A DNA stretch of 64,000 nt, from the NCBI GenBank assembly GCA_903835555.1, contig CAILNN010000007.1:16342-80341 (forward strand). The letters are read 5' to 3'. This DNA comes from an uncultured Verrucomicrobiota bacterium (lineage in GTDB: Bacteria > Verrucomicrobiota > Verrucomicrobiia > Limisphaerales > UBA9464). This document shows, piece by piece, positions 55,943-64,000 of the stretch. Positions within the stretch are counted from its first letter, which is position 1; the number at the start of each line of letters is the position of its first letter. The position numbers were made by a program, and so were the translations under genes. The notes below the pieces were generated by a model that searched no databases, was not told the origin of the DNA, and saw nothing but the letters and a program-made list of their open reading frames with translations.

Positions 55943-56881
55943 TTACTGAGATGTCGGAGGCTTGCTCGATTCGGACTTTTCGGGGATGAGCAACAGGGGG
56001 GGCTTCCATGCCTCGGGCTTGACCTTGGCAGCCATCACGCGGGCGACATGCGACATGAAATCGTCTTGGGTAGCGAGTGGTTGGCAGCTTTTAAGTTCGG
56101 AGGCCAATCGGACGGCATCTCCTTGAACCTCAAAGTAGAGGGCTAAATACAAATGCGCGTAAAACCGTTGCTGGCGAGTCAGCTCAATAGTATCGGCTGG
56201 GATCGCGACCTCGGCCAGGACCTTCTCCGGGGTGGATTGTCCGCCGAAAAGCCGATGTATTTCGGTCATGGGAACGCGGTCGTCGCCATCGATCGGTATC
56301 AAACGTGCCTGCGCCCGGGAGAAATCCAGCTCGCGGGCCGTGCACAAGAAGTGCCATACGGCGTTTTCCACGTCATGAGGGTTCACTGTCTGGTGGCTCT
56401 CGAATTGCTTCCGGCCATCGGCAAATCGCCCGGCAAAATAGAGGGCGATACCCCGTTGCCAATTGTAGGGGGCAAATGCCGGTTCCACCTCATTGACCTT
56501 GTCGAAATCCCGAACGGACTCCGTGATCCGACCGGCTTTGAATAATTCCTCGGCACGCCCCTGGAGGAGCACTCGCGAACGGGGTTCACATTCCAAGGCA
56601 TGCCCCAAGTCATCAATGGTCGCGTCGCGCTTGCCCAAGAGAGAGTTCATCTGTGCCCGAAGGTGCCACCAACGGGACTCCTTCGGGTCTGTCCGGATAG
56701 CCTCTGAAATCAAAGCGATAGCATTCGTTGAGTGGCCAGCCTTCCACTCGTTGAATGCCATTTCCGCGACCTGCTCCGGCTTGTTTTCCTCAGCGACTAT
56801 CTGGAGCGGCAATGCAAGAAGTAGGCCGGTCAATAGCAGAAAGGGGCTGATTGGTCGGACGTAACCCGCGAGACAGAACAT
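55943..56881 (-). CDS. NlpI-like TPR-repeat protein, secreted
   Basis: Start chosen at MFCLAGYVRPISPFLLLTGLLLALP. It has TPR helices and an NlpI-like block (QRGIALYFAGRFADGRKQFESHQTVNPHDVENAVWHFLC). Confidence 0.55.
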   Translation of the reverse strand: MFCLAGYVRPISPFLLLTGLLLALPLQIVAEENKPEQVAEMAFNEWKAGHSTNAIALISEAIRTDPKESRWWHLRAQMNSLLGKRDATIDDLGHALECEPRSRVLLQGRAEELFKAGRITESVRDFDKVNEVEPAFAPYNWQRGIALYFAGRFADGRKQFESHQTVNPHDVENAVWHFLCTARELDFSRAQARLIPIDGDDRVPMTEIHRLFGGQSTPEKVLAEVAIPADTIELTRQQRFYAHLYLALYFEVQGDAVRLASELKSCQPLATQDDFMSHVARVMAAKVKPEAWKPPLLLIPEKSESSKPPTSQ

Positions 56882-57132
56882 CGCGGGAATCTTGACGGCG
56901 AATGCGTGCGCGGCAACTCCAGAACTCAGAATCCTGACTTCCTCCGTGGGCAAATGCTTTTCCCGCAATCCCGTTGCCGACTTTTCCCTGCCAGGCAGCT
57001 TGAATGGATCGCGTCCTTTTTGCGTGCAGACAAATCCCTCCCTCCAACAACCCCTCGCCTGCTCAATTCAAACCATCGAATTTCCCACTAAGAAACCGGA
57101 AGAACCCGAAAATATCTGCGGCCCTTCGGGTT

Positions 57133-57221
57133 GCGCCTAAAATGCCCCAAGGCTTCGTTGTTCGTCGGTCACAGACGCCATATTCGACCGCCTCGGGCCT
57201 CCCCCCGGGCATTTTAGACGC
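57133..57221. repeat. Long imperfect palindrome (potential stem-loop element)
   Basis: gcgcctaaaatgccc (57133-57147) pairs with gggcattttagacgc (57207-57221) at 14 of 15 positions, around a GC-rich loop region of about 59 nt. Confidence 0.6.
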
Positions 57222-57423
57222 AACAAACTGCAAGCTATTTCGGAAACACGGCCTTAGAAGCGTTCGCTACGGAGTCGGGCTGCGGCCTTCACCCAGCAAA
57301 AGCGGGACTCCCTGTTTGTTGACGCTTCGGGATGGCTACCTACGCTTTCGGCTAATTCTACAAAGTTGAGTGCTTACTGCGCACTTCCATTTCCAAAACG
57401 ATTTCCCATACTATCACCATCTT

Positions 57424-57894
57424 ATGAAGTGCTTGCGTCTTTCGGTTGGTCGCCTATTTGTCGCCGGACTGTTGAGCCTCGGCTTGACGCGCCTGGTGGC
57501 TCAGAATCCCGCTGCGGCGCATACAGCCACTAATGCCCCACAGAAAACCACCACCCCAGGTGCACCCGGTGTCAATTCCGCTGGTGGGATGCCCCGCCCG
57601 GTCAATGCAGCGCGGCTCAAGTTTTTGACTGAGAAACTGGGGCTGGATACTGCGCAGCAGGGCAAAATCCGGGATATTTTGGAACACGATGCCCGGAAAA
57701 TGAGCGAGCTCACATCGCCTGCCCAACGGACTGGAGAGTCAGTCCGCGAATTGAACCGTGCCAGGAATGCCGCCATCGAAGCCGTCCTTACCCCAGAGCA
57801 GCGGGAAAAGTATAAGGCTCTGGTGACCCCGACGCCGGGAAGCCGCACGGAAAAGGCTGGTGTCCGTCCAGCAAACACCCCCGTGTCGCAGTGA
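57424..57894 (+). CDS. Small periplasmic helical protein (Spy/CpxP-like LTxxQ type)
   Basis: Start chosen at MKCLRLSVGRLFVAGLLSLG (signal peptide). It has LGLDTAQQGKIRDIL and LTPEQREKYKAL motifs. Confidence 0.55.
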   Translation: MKCLRLSVGRLFVAGLLSLGLTRLVAQNPAAAHTATNAPQKTTTPGAPGVNSAGGMPRPVNAARLKFLTEKLGLDTAQQGKIRDILEHDARKMSELTSPAQRTGESVRELNRARNAAIEAVLTPEQREKYKALVTPTPGSRTEKAGVRPANTPVSQ

Positions 57895-58270
57895 ACATAC
57901 CGAAAAAGTCGGCTGCGGTTGACGGACTCAAGTTGGAACATGGGCGGGTGCGAATCTCCTTTTAGGCGAAAAATGGCGAAGCTTGAACAGACATCCCAGA
58001 AGACACCCGATGCTGTAACGATAAGTGCAGTCCATATCCAGGATAATGCAATCGTTGATCCGACGATGCGCTCCCGGAGCGCTGCGATACTTTCGGCTCG
58101 ACTCATAGGCACCGGCGTAATGACGAACTGTGGTTCGTAAGCCACGCAGTAAGTCAAGCGCTGAAGTCATCCGCAAATCCGCGCGTAAGGCGGTAGGAAA
58201 GTTTTCACGGTCCTTCCGCGCTGATTTGAGAGGCTAGCGGACCTTCGAGGCTTTGATAACGCGCGGCAGC

Positions 58271-58396
58271 GTCTTGGACTGCGGTTGTCCGCTACCGCTT
58301 TTGGCCTCGCGACCCGAAGAGCCCGTCCGTGAGTTCGGTCCGCTGTCCAATTCACGCCCGGCTCCAAAGCGCCAGAGGACTGTCGCAGTCCAAGAC
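58271..58396. repeat. 126-bp imperfect palindromic (REP/MITE-like) element between convergent genes
   Basis: The terminal inverted repeat is a perfect 13 bp: gtcttggactgcg (58271-58283) and cgcagtccaagac (58384-58396). The arms continue with partial complementarity (ccgcttttgg vs ccaaagcg). Confidence 0.65.
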
Positions 58397-58450
58397 CTAG
58401 CGGACATCTCCTTGCCCAATAACTCCGGGAGCGCCTAGCCGACGAGCCGA

Positions 58451-59503
58451 CTACCGATAGGCGGCCGGCGGCTTGGGCACAACACCGATATCGGCGTAAT
58501 CGAATCCGCTCTCCAGCGGTTTGAAGGGGCCAACATATTCCACGCTGCTGGTCGGTGAGATGGCTGATTCCATGCCGAGGCCCCAGTAGGCAGCGTTGAC
58601 GATCAATCGACGCAACCCGGCACTCTTAAAATCTTCGCCACTGCCCATGGTCGAGTGGAACACGCGTGCCGACTTGCCGTCGCTGGTTTGCCAGAACTTG
58701 AACCAGGCGACGGGCAGCGGTTCGAGTTCCCGGTTGGGTGGATCATCGTGCTGTCGTCCGAGGAGCGGCTGCCCCCAGACCAAAGCAGTGCAGCCTGCAG
58801 GCAGACTGCCGCCCTCCTTATAGGTCCGGTATACGTCGGAGGTGCCCCAAATATCTTTGACTCCAGTTAGTATGGGATGGTTTTTCTGAGCTTCGACTAG
58901 AATGCCCCGGGTAGAGTCGGCGTGCCAGTTGCCGTGGTGATTCAGAAAGGTTCCGCCCAAGATATCGACGCCCCAGTCGATCCGTTTGCCATTCATCTGG
59001 TAGGGAAGCGCATGCAGGAAGCCGTGATTGGCCGTTCGGAGGGCGATGATCGGTTTACCGGAATCGATGTATCGTACAATCTGCTCCTGTTCATCGTTGG
59101 GAAGGGTGAGCAATCGGGTGAAAAAGATCACGAGATCGGCGGAGGCCAGGTTTTCGAGACCGGGAATATGGTGTGACTTGAACTCTTTTCCTTTTTCCGG
59201 ATAAACGGGCATCGTGGGGTCGACTTCCCCCTTTTCATTGACCGCAAAGAGGACGGTGCAGTCAAAGCCATGATGCTGGCTTAATATCCGCGCCATCATG
59301 GGCATGGATTGCTCGCTGCGGTATTCCTGATCGGCAGCGATCAGCACGATATGTTTTCCTTTGCCTGGACCGTCGCCGCCGGAATAGGTCAACCATTTGG
59401 GGCTTTCGGGTACAGGATGAGCGATCGCTTGAAAATTAAGCACAGCCAAAAGCAACCAGATGATCGAGAGACGGAATGGAAAGGACATATACGGGAGAAA
59501 CAA
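58451..59503 (-). CDS. ThuA-like (class I glutamine-amidotransferase-fold) domain protein, secreted
   Basis: It has a signal peptide. The pattern KHIVLIAADQEYRSE...ADLVIFFTR...IVRYIDSGKPIIALRTANHGF is recalled from ThuA-like proteins in PVC dehydrogenase clusters. Confidence 0.5.
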   Translation of the reverse strand: MFLPYMSFPFRLSIIWLLLAVLNFQAIAHPVPESPKWLTYSGGDGPGKGKHIVLIAADQEYRSEQSMPMMARILSQHHGFDCTVLFAVNEKGEVDPTMPVYPEKGKEFKSHHIPGLENLASADLVIFFTRLLTLPNDEQEQIVRYIDSGKPIIALRTANHGFLHALPYQMNGKRIDWGVDILGGTFLNHHGNWHADSTRGILVEAQKNHPILTGVKDIWGTSDVYRTYKEGGSLPAGCTALVWGQPLLGRQHDDPPNRELEPLPVAWFKFWQTSDGKSARVFHSTMGSGEDFKSAGLRRLIVNAAYWGLGMESAISPTSSVEYVGPFKPLESGFDYADIGVVPKPPAAYR

Positions 59504-59507
59504 TGGG

Positions 59508-60998
59508 TCAGTTTTTGGGAATTTCGTTCACCGTGTAGTAGGCCTTTCGATGAAGCAGCGGTTCGCCGTCCTGCGAGGTCATTCTGGCGAGGTCAAAGTC
59601 GTGAATGTGGTCCTCGACGATGGCGTTCAATTGAAGCACCACGGAAAGACCATCTGCCGAAGGAGTGGCCGCCATCACCTCGGCGGTGGTTTGGTCGACC
59701 TCGGGACTGCCGTAGTCTCCCTGATAGATATGGGTGTAGGTAGTGATGTTATAAATATCCGTGTGGGCAGCCAACTCGCGATCGACTGGCTTGGTGAAGG
59801 TGATTTTGAAGCCGTCCTTCAGAATATGGATCTCGCGCATTTCGAAGGGAACGCGGCCATTCCAATCGATACGTTGGATGGCAAATGGTTCGGTACCTCT
59901 GACGGGCCATTGGCTCGTGGTGGTAAATCCGCCTACGATCAATTGCCCCTTGGGAGTAAATTCCACAGTCATCAGGCCGGTGGCCAAGCCCTCCCGGAAT
60001 GGGTAGCAGGCCCCCTGCCACACGCCATTGACCTCTTCCATGGTGGCGCGCATGACCAGACTTAGGGTGTAGTCCCCGAGAAAAATCTGGTCGTCGAATG
60101 GCCCAAATTTTCCGCCGGTGCGATTAAGTCGGAATCCGGAGATGGAACGCCCCATCTTAATGTAGGGAAAGCAAACTGCGGGTGGCACCAACTCCTTGAC
60201 TCGCCTCTTTTCAACCGCCATGCGGGAATTGCTGTTGGGCTCCACGGCGGGGGCTTTCATTCCCGGAACAAATGGATACCAGTTATAACTGGCCGGATGT
60301 CCGAGAAAGGCACCCTGCTTGAGATGCTTGAGCGAGCAGCAGCCATTCCACGGGCCCTGGCTCTCGATCGCAAACATCACTCCGGCGGCATTGGTTCCTA
60401 CTCCGCCCGGACTTCGCAGTCCACTGCACACCGGAATCATCCGCCCGTCGGGGGTAACTTTCACCGCCCAGCCGCGAAAGAGATTGTGCGATTCATAGGA
60501 GCCACTGAGTCCCAGCGCCACCCAGACATTGCCTTCGGGATCATGCTTGGAGCCAAAGGCAAACTCGTGTCCCTCGGCGTAGCCCCAATTGTTGCTGAGC
60601 GTCTCATATCGGTCGGCGACGCCATCCCCATCGGTGTCGGTGACGCGGATGACTTCGCTAAAGGTGGTGGCGGTCATGGACCCGTCTTTCCAGGAAAGAC
60701 CGAAGACCTCGTCCTGACCGGTGGCAAAGAGGTGATATTCCGGAGCGGGTGGGATCTCGAAGGCTCCCTTTATGAAATAAATATCTCCACGCCTTGTGCC
60801 AACGGCCAGTCGCCCATCCGGTAGGATTTCAAAACTTCCCGGGCGCATCGGCACCTCCTGCGGGATCGGGATATTAACGATTGGATAGTACTTGGCCTCT
60901 TCCTGGGCTGTTCCCCACATGGCACCGAGTTCTTCGGCGGCCAATGTGGGTGCCACAACCAGAGCCAAAACACCAAAAATCGATCGAAGGGTTACCAT
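59508..60998 (-). CDS. Sugar/sorbosone-dehydrogenase-like beta-propeller protein, secreted
   Basis: Start chosen at MVTLRSIFGVLALVVAPTLA (60998, overlapping the upstream stop by 7 nt). It has a propeller pattern (LPDGRLAVGTRRGDIY..., DTDGDGVAD, GLRSPGG). Confidence 0.6.
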   Translation of the reverse strand: MVTLRSIFGVLALVVAPTLAAEELGAMWGTAQEEAKYYPIVNIPIPQEVPMRPGSFEILPDGRLAVGTRRGDIYFIKGAFEIPPAPEYHLFATGQDEVFGLSWKDGSMTATTFSEVIRVTDTDGDGVADRYETLSNNWGYAEGHEFAFGSKHDPEGNVWVALGLSGSYESHNLFRGWAVKVTPDGRMIPVCSGLRSPGGVGTNAAGVMFAIESQGPWNGCCSLKHLKQGAFLGHPASYNWYPFVPGMKAPAVEPNSNSRMAVEKRRVKELVPPAVCFPYIKMGRSISGFRLNRTGGKFGPFDDQIFLGDYTLSLVMRATMEEVNGVWQGACYPFREGLATGLMTVEFTPKGQLIVGGFTTTSQWPVRGTEPFAIQRIDWNGRVPFEMREIHILKDGFKITFTKPVDRELAAHTDIYNITTYTHIYQGDYGSPEVDQTTAEVMAATPSADGLSVVLQLNAIVEDHIHDFDLARMTSQDGEPLLHRKAYYTVNEIPKN

Positions 60999-63697
60999 TG
61001 GTATTCGAGGGAAAGAGTGGTCGCGCCCTTGGGTAGGGTTATCGGAATCAGGACTTCTGCGGGATTGCCCTCTCGAACGATTCCCGGATGGTCGCTGATG
61101 ATTCGCAATTGGAGTTGGTCTACGGAGAACTCGCGCCCGGATTTTTTCATGACGCTTTTGCCGGTCGCCGCCCGAAAATAAAAGGGAAGCTGGGTATCCG
61201 GGGCATCGAGCCGGATGGTTCGCTGAAACCACGCACTCCCGTTCCCTTGCGAGATGTCGTCAAAATATTCCTCCACCACGATGTCGCCATAACGGTACAT
61301 CAGTGTCGGCTTTCGATGGGCATCCAAATAATAGCCGCGAAATTGATAACCATGGTCCTTAGGAAAGGTATAGCTGGTCTTGCCTTTGTAAGGCCAATTT
61401 TCGTCGAGGGACTTCAACCGATGGAATGGGATGCCCGATGGAAACACAATCCGTTCCTGTCCCCGGGGGTGGAAGGTACCCAAATCCACATCGACAAACT
61501 CCCCCTTCCACAGCATCCGGAGCGACATCTGTTCAGAATCAAAGGCGAGATTGATTCCGGAGGGATATCCGACGGCGAAGCCTCGATAACCGACTGGGCT
61601 CTGCCCACGGCAGATTTCCGTGACATCGGTCACCCGCAGTTCGCGCGCCTGACGGGAAAGACCAATCGGGTTCTTTGCGTGTGTACCGTCCTCTAGATAG
61701 GCCCACAACGCCTCGATTTGCCGTGCGGAATCGCCGCCGAGGATGTTGGGGCGAACCGACTGCCCACCGGGCCAGTAGGTCGGCATGATTCCAGTGGGAT
61801 AGAACCGGGCCGGTTCTCTGAGGTAGAGATGGAACCAGTTTTTCTGGAGACGTTCGGTCGCATGCACGATATCGAGCGCACCCGCGCCCGTCGATTTTTG
61901 CCCATTGAAATCATGACAAGCGATACAGCTCAGTCCGTTCACTCCAATCATCTCGTGGCCCGCGCTTTTCAATTCCCGCAGGTCCGTGACGACTCGGACC
62001 GGTGCCGTTTCCAACGAATCGAGCTTGTTGAACAAAGAAACCAAATGGCCCACATTGGATTCGCCAAACTGGGGCATCGAGGTATTCAGATACTCGCGTT
62101 GACGGCCTCCATGCAACAAAACATCCGCCATCCAAGTCGCCGTCAACTTGGCCCCCACATCGGTCAGCGGTGGCGGCAGACGTCCTTGATCGCCGAGGGC
62201 TTCGTGAGTTCCGGTAAAGTAGACGCTACGCTCGGGTGCAATCCCACCCAAACCTTTCCGTTGATGGCAGGCGATGCAATTGAACGTAATCAGGGTTTTG
62301 TTGAGGGTCTGAAGGTCATCCAATGGCTGCTGCTCGGCGGTAGGCAGGGCAAGGGCAATCCACGAGCGCTGTTGTTGGCTTAAGTCAAACCGTGGCCAGG
62401 GACCCACCGAATCACTGAGACATCCTCGGGAGGGATTGAGCTTGGCAAACGTCGTTGCTGGCGGAGCGGCGACGGAGAGATCATCGTGGCAGCGGGCGCA
62501 GCCGAATTTTGCAAACTGTTCGCGCCCGAGGGCGGCAAGAGCAGGATTCACCTCAAGCGGTTTGAAGGTGGGAATTGGTTCATTCGACACCGACAGCATT
62601 GACGACGGTATCGGGTGACGTGGAAATCCAGGTCCCTCCATGTCAAAGACAAATCGGGGATCGTAGCCGGTGTGAAAATAGGTCAGTTCGATCTTTCGCC
62701 AACCAACCGATAAATCGATACTGGTTTCAAACGTTTTCACTTCACGTCGATCGCTCGGGTCTTCCTCGACCAACCGCTTACCATCCAACGTGAGCAAGCC
62801 TCCGTTCATTTCCAGATAAAAGGTGTAATGGCCGGTATTGCTGATATTAATCCAACCTTCATACTGGATGGCGGTGTGATGTTCGACCCTGCCCAAACTT
62901 GCCAGATTGAAGTCAGCCACCATTCCAGCTCGCTCGGGCCGGACTTCATCGCTTCGGAGTCCTTCCCAGACCTGTCCGCGAAAAAGGGTGTAAGCCAATG
63001 GGCCTGGAACGCGCGTGTCGCGGATCAAATAATGCGCGATGCGCTCGATGTCCTGTCGCGATAACCGCATGTCCGGCATCCGCCCGGATGGCCGACTGGC
63101 ATGGGGATTTTGCAAAAACTCGACCAGGCTTTTGAAGCTATACTTTTTGTCGAGCGCACCGAGAGGAACCGAACTGGAGTTCAGGAGCTCAGCCCCCTGC
63201 CCGCTCCTAGGAGAGTGACAGGCAACGCATCCGCGCGAATGAAAGAGCCGTTCGCCGTGTTTGGCGGCCACGGCGTCGGGTGCTTGGAATCCAAAATCGT
63301 TGGTCTTGAGTGACAGCAAGAAATGGGTGAGCGATTGAGCCACTTCCCGTTTTTGGTTCTCCGGAAGATGCGAAAAGACATCGGGCATGGTGGCCCCTGG
63401 CTTGACCGCGTGCGGATTCTGGAGGAAGGCCTGGAGGTAGTCCGGATTTACGCGGGAGCCGATATCGCTGAGGCGTGGTGCCTTTTTTGACCGAGTGGAA
63501 AAGGGGGCATCACTGGTATGGCAGGCGGCGCAATGGAGTTCCTCGATCAAAACAAGGCCTTTGAGACCAGGGTCCAATTGACTGGCGGCCAGGGCGGGCA
63601 AGGCAACATCGGCAGATGCCGATGCTAGAAGGCAAGCCAATAGAAAAATACCGAATAGGACCCAACGGCAGAAAGGCGTCGAAATAGAATGGGACAT
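60992..63697 (-). CDS. Multi-haem c-type cytochrome with PA14 domain
   Basis: It has a signal peptide and five CxxCH motifs (CAACH, CVACH, CARCH, CIACH, CIACH). It also has a PA14-like block (FRGQVWEGL...IQYEGWINISNTGHYTFYLEMNGGLLTLDGK). Confidence 0.75.
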   Translation of the reverse strand: MSHSISTPFCRWVLFGIFLLACLLASASADVALPALAASQLDPGLKGLVLIEELHCAACHTSDAPFSTRSKKAPRLSDIGSRVNPDYLQAFLQNPHAVKPGATMPDVFSHLPENQKREVAQSLTHFLLSLKTNDFGFQAPDAVAAKHGERLFHSRGCVACHSPRSGQGAELLNSSSVPLGALDKKYSFKSLVEFLQNPHASRPSGRMPDMRLSRQDIERIAHYLIRDTRVPGPLAYTLFRGQVWEGLRSDEVRPERAGMVADFNLASLGRVEHHTAIQYEGWINISNTGHYTFYLEMNGGLLTLDGKRLVEEDPSDRREVKTFETSIDLSVGWRKIELTYFHTGYDPRFVFDMEGPGFPRHPIPSSMLSVSNEPIPTFKPLEVNPALAALGREQFAKFGCARCHDDLSVAAPPATTFAKLNPSRGCLSDSVGPWPRFDLSQQQRSWIALALPTAEQQPLDDLQTLNKTLITFNCIACHQRKGLGGIAPERSVYFTGTHEALGDQGRLPPPLTDVGAKLTATWMADVLLHGGRQREYLNTSMPQFGESNVGHLVSLFNKLDSLETAPVRVVTDLRELKSAGHEMIGVNGLSCIACHDFNGQKSTGAGALDIVHATERLQKNWFHLYLREPARFYPTGIMPTYWPGGQSVRPNILGGDSARQIEALWAYLEDGTHAKNPIGLSRQARELRVTDVTEICRGQSPVGYRGFAVGYPSGINLAFDSEQMSLRMLWKGEFVDVDLGTFHPRGQERIVFPSGIPFHRLKSLDENWPYKGKTSYTFPKDHGYQFRGYYLDAHRKPTLMYRYGDIVVEEYFDDISQGNGSAWFQRTIRLDAPDTQLPFYFRAATGKSVMKKSGREFSVDQLQLRIISDHPGIVREGNPAEVLIPITLPKGATTLSLEYQW

Positions 63698-64000
63698 TGG
63701 GGTGGAGTGCAGAAAACCGCAACCCGATCAGTGCGTTGAACCGGGTGGTTGGTCAAGACTGGGATTTTTGTCTGCCGCAGGATACAGGGACTCAGGCACC
63801 CCGTTCGAGGTACACTTTCTTGGTGTTACCGCCATTCGGTTCGCGTGATCAAAACGAGGGGAGCCTCCAGCCCTCAATATAAATACGGCGTTCAACCTCG
63901 GCAAAGTAGGATTGGGAAACGAGCTGCCCTTGACATTCAAGCGAATGGCTCTCCAGCTTTACCGAATAAATGAAACGGTTTTCATCTGTCCTGCCATTAC

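Noticed and set aside
57501-58157. 218-aa ORF on the minus strand
   Set aside because: Most of it is antisense to the signal-peptide-bearing 57424..57894 gene. The remainder has no motif or plausible start context.
1-64000. CRISPR arrays, rRNA or tRNA genes, intact IS elements or prophage genes
   Set aside because: I saw no regularly spaced direct repeats, no rRNA or tRNA signatures, and no integrase, terminase or capsid-like ORFs. The only transposase-related sequence is the truncated RAYT remnant.

Overview
This is a gene-dense, moderately GC-rich chromosomal window. Its gene content looks like the PVC superphylum (Planctomycetota/Verrucomicrobiota-like); that placement is an inference from DUF1080, ThuA plus haem/PA14 dehydrogenase modules, an alternative complex III, weak Shine-Dalgarno signals and many ATGA/TAATG overlaps. 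I found no rRNA, tRNA or CRISPR array. There are two main blocks. (1) 11111-22283 (minus strand) is a 10-gene respiratory operon: alternative complex III actABCDEF, then a small membrane protein, then a cbb3-like trio. In that trio the CcoN-like catalytic subunit appears to have lost all six canonical metal-ligating histidines, while its c-type cytochrome partners keep their CxxCH motifs. (2) 25255-41252 (plus strand) is a 7-gene operon with overlapping or nearly touching stop/start junctions: an OYE-type flavoenzyme with an Fe-S Cys motif, three tandem membrane-anchored di-haem paralogues resembling the cytochrome c peroxidase (CCP)/MauG/RoxA group, an oversized GMC flavoenzyme, a patatin-like lipase split by a multi-TM insertion, and an S8 lipoprotein protease. 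I do not recognise this combination as a described pathway, and it is my best candidate for a novel membrane-associated oxidative system acting on lipids, isoprenoids or lipid peroxides. The rest is housekeeping (cysS, ispF, kdsB, pyrG, an rsmB-like gene, sufE/tatD), a hybrid histidine kinase, a haem/PA14 + beta-propeller + ThuA module, transporters, two decayed genes (an AlbA_2/Schlafen-like ATP-binding regulator and a RAYT/IS200-like transposase remnant), several long imperfect palindromes in intergenic gaps, and a perfect CRP-type palindrome in the actA/cysS divergent region. All functional calls come from reading motifs in the translations. No database search was run.
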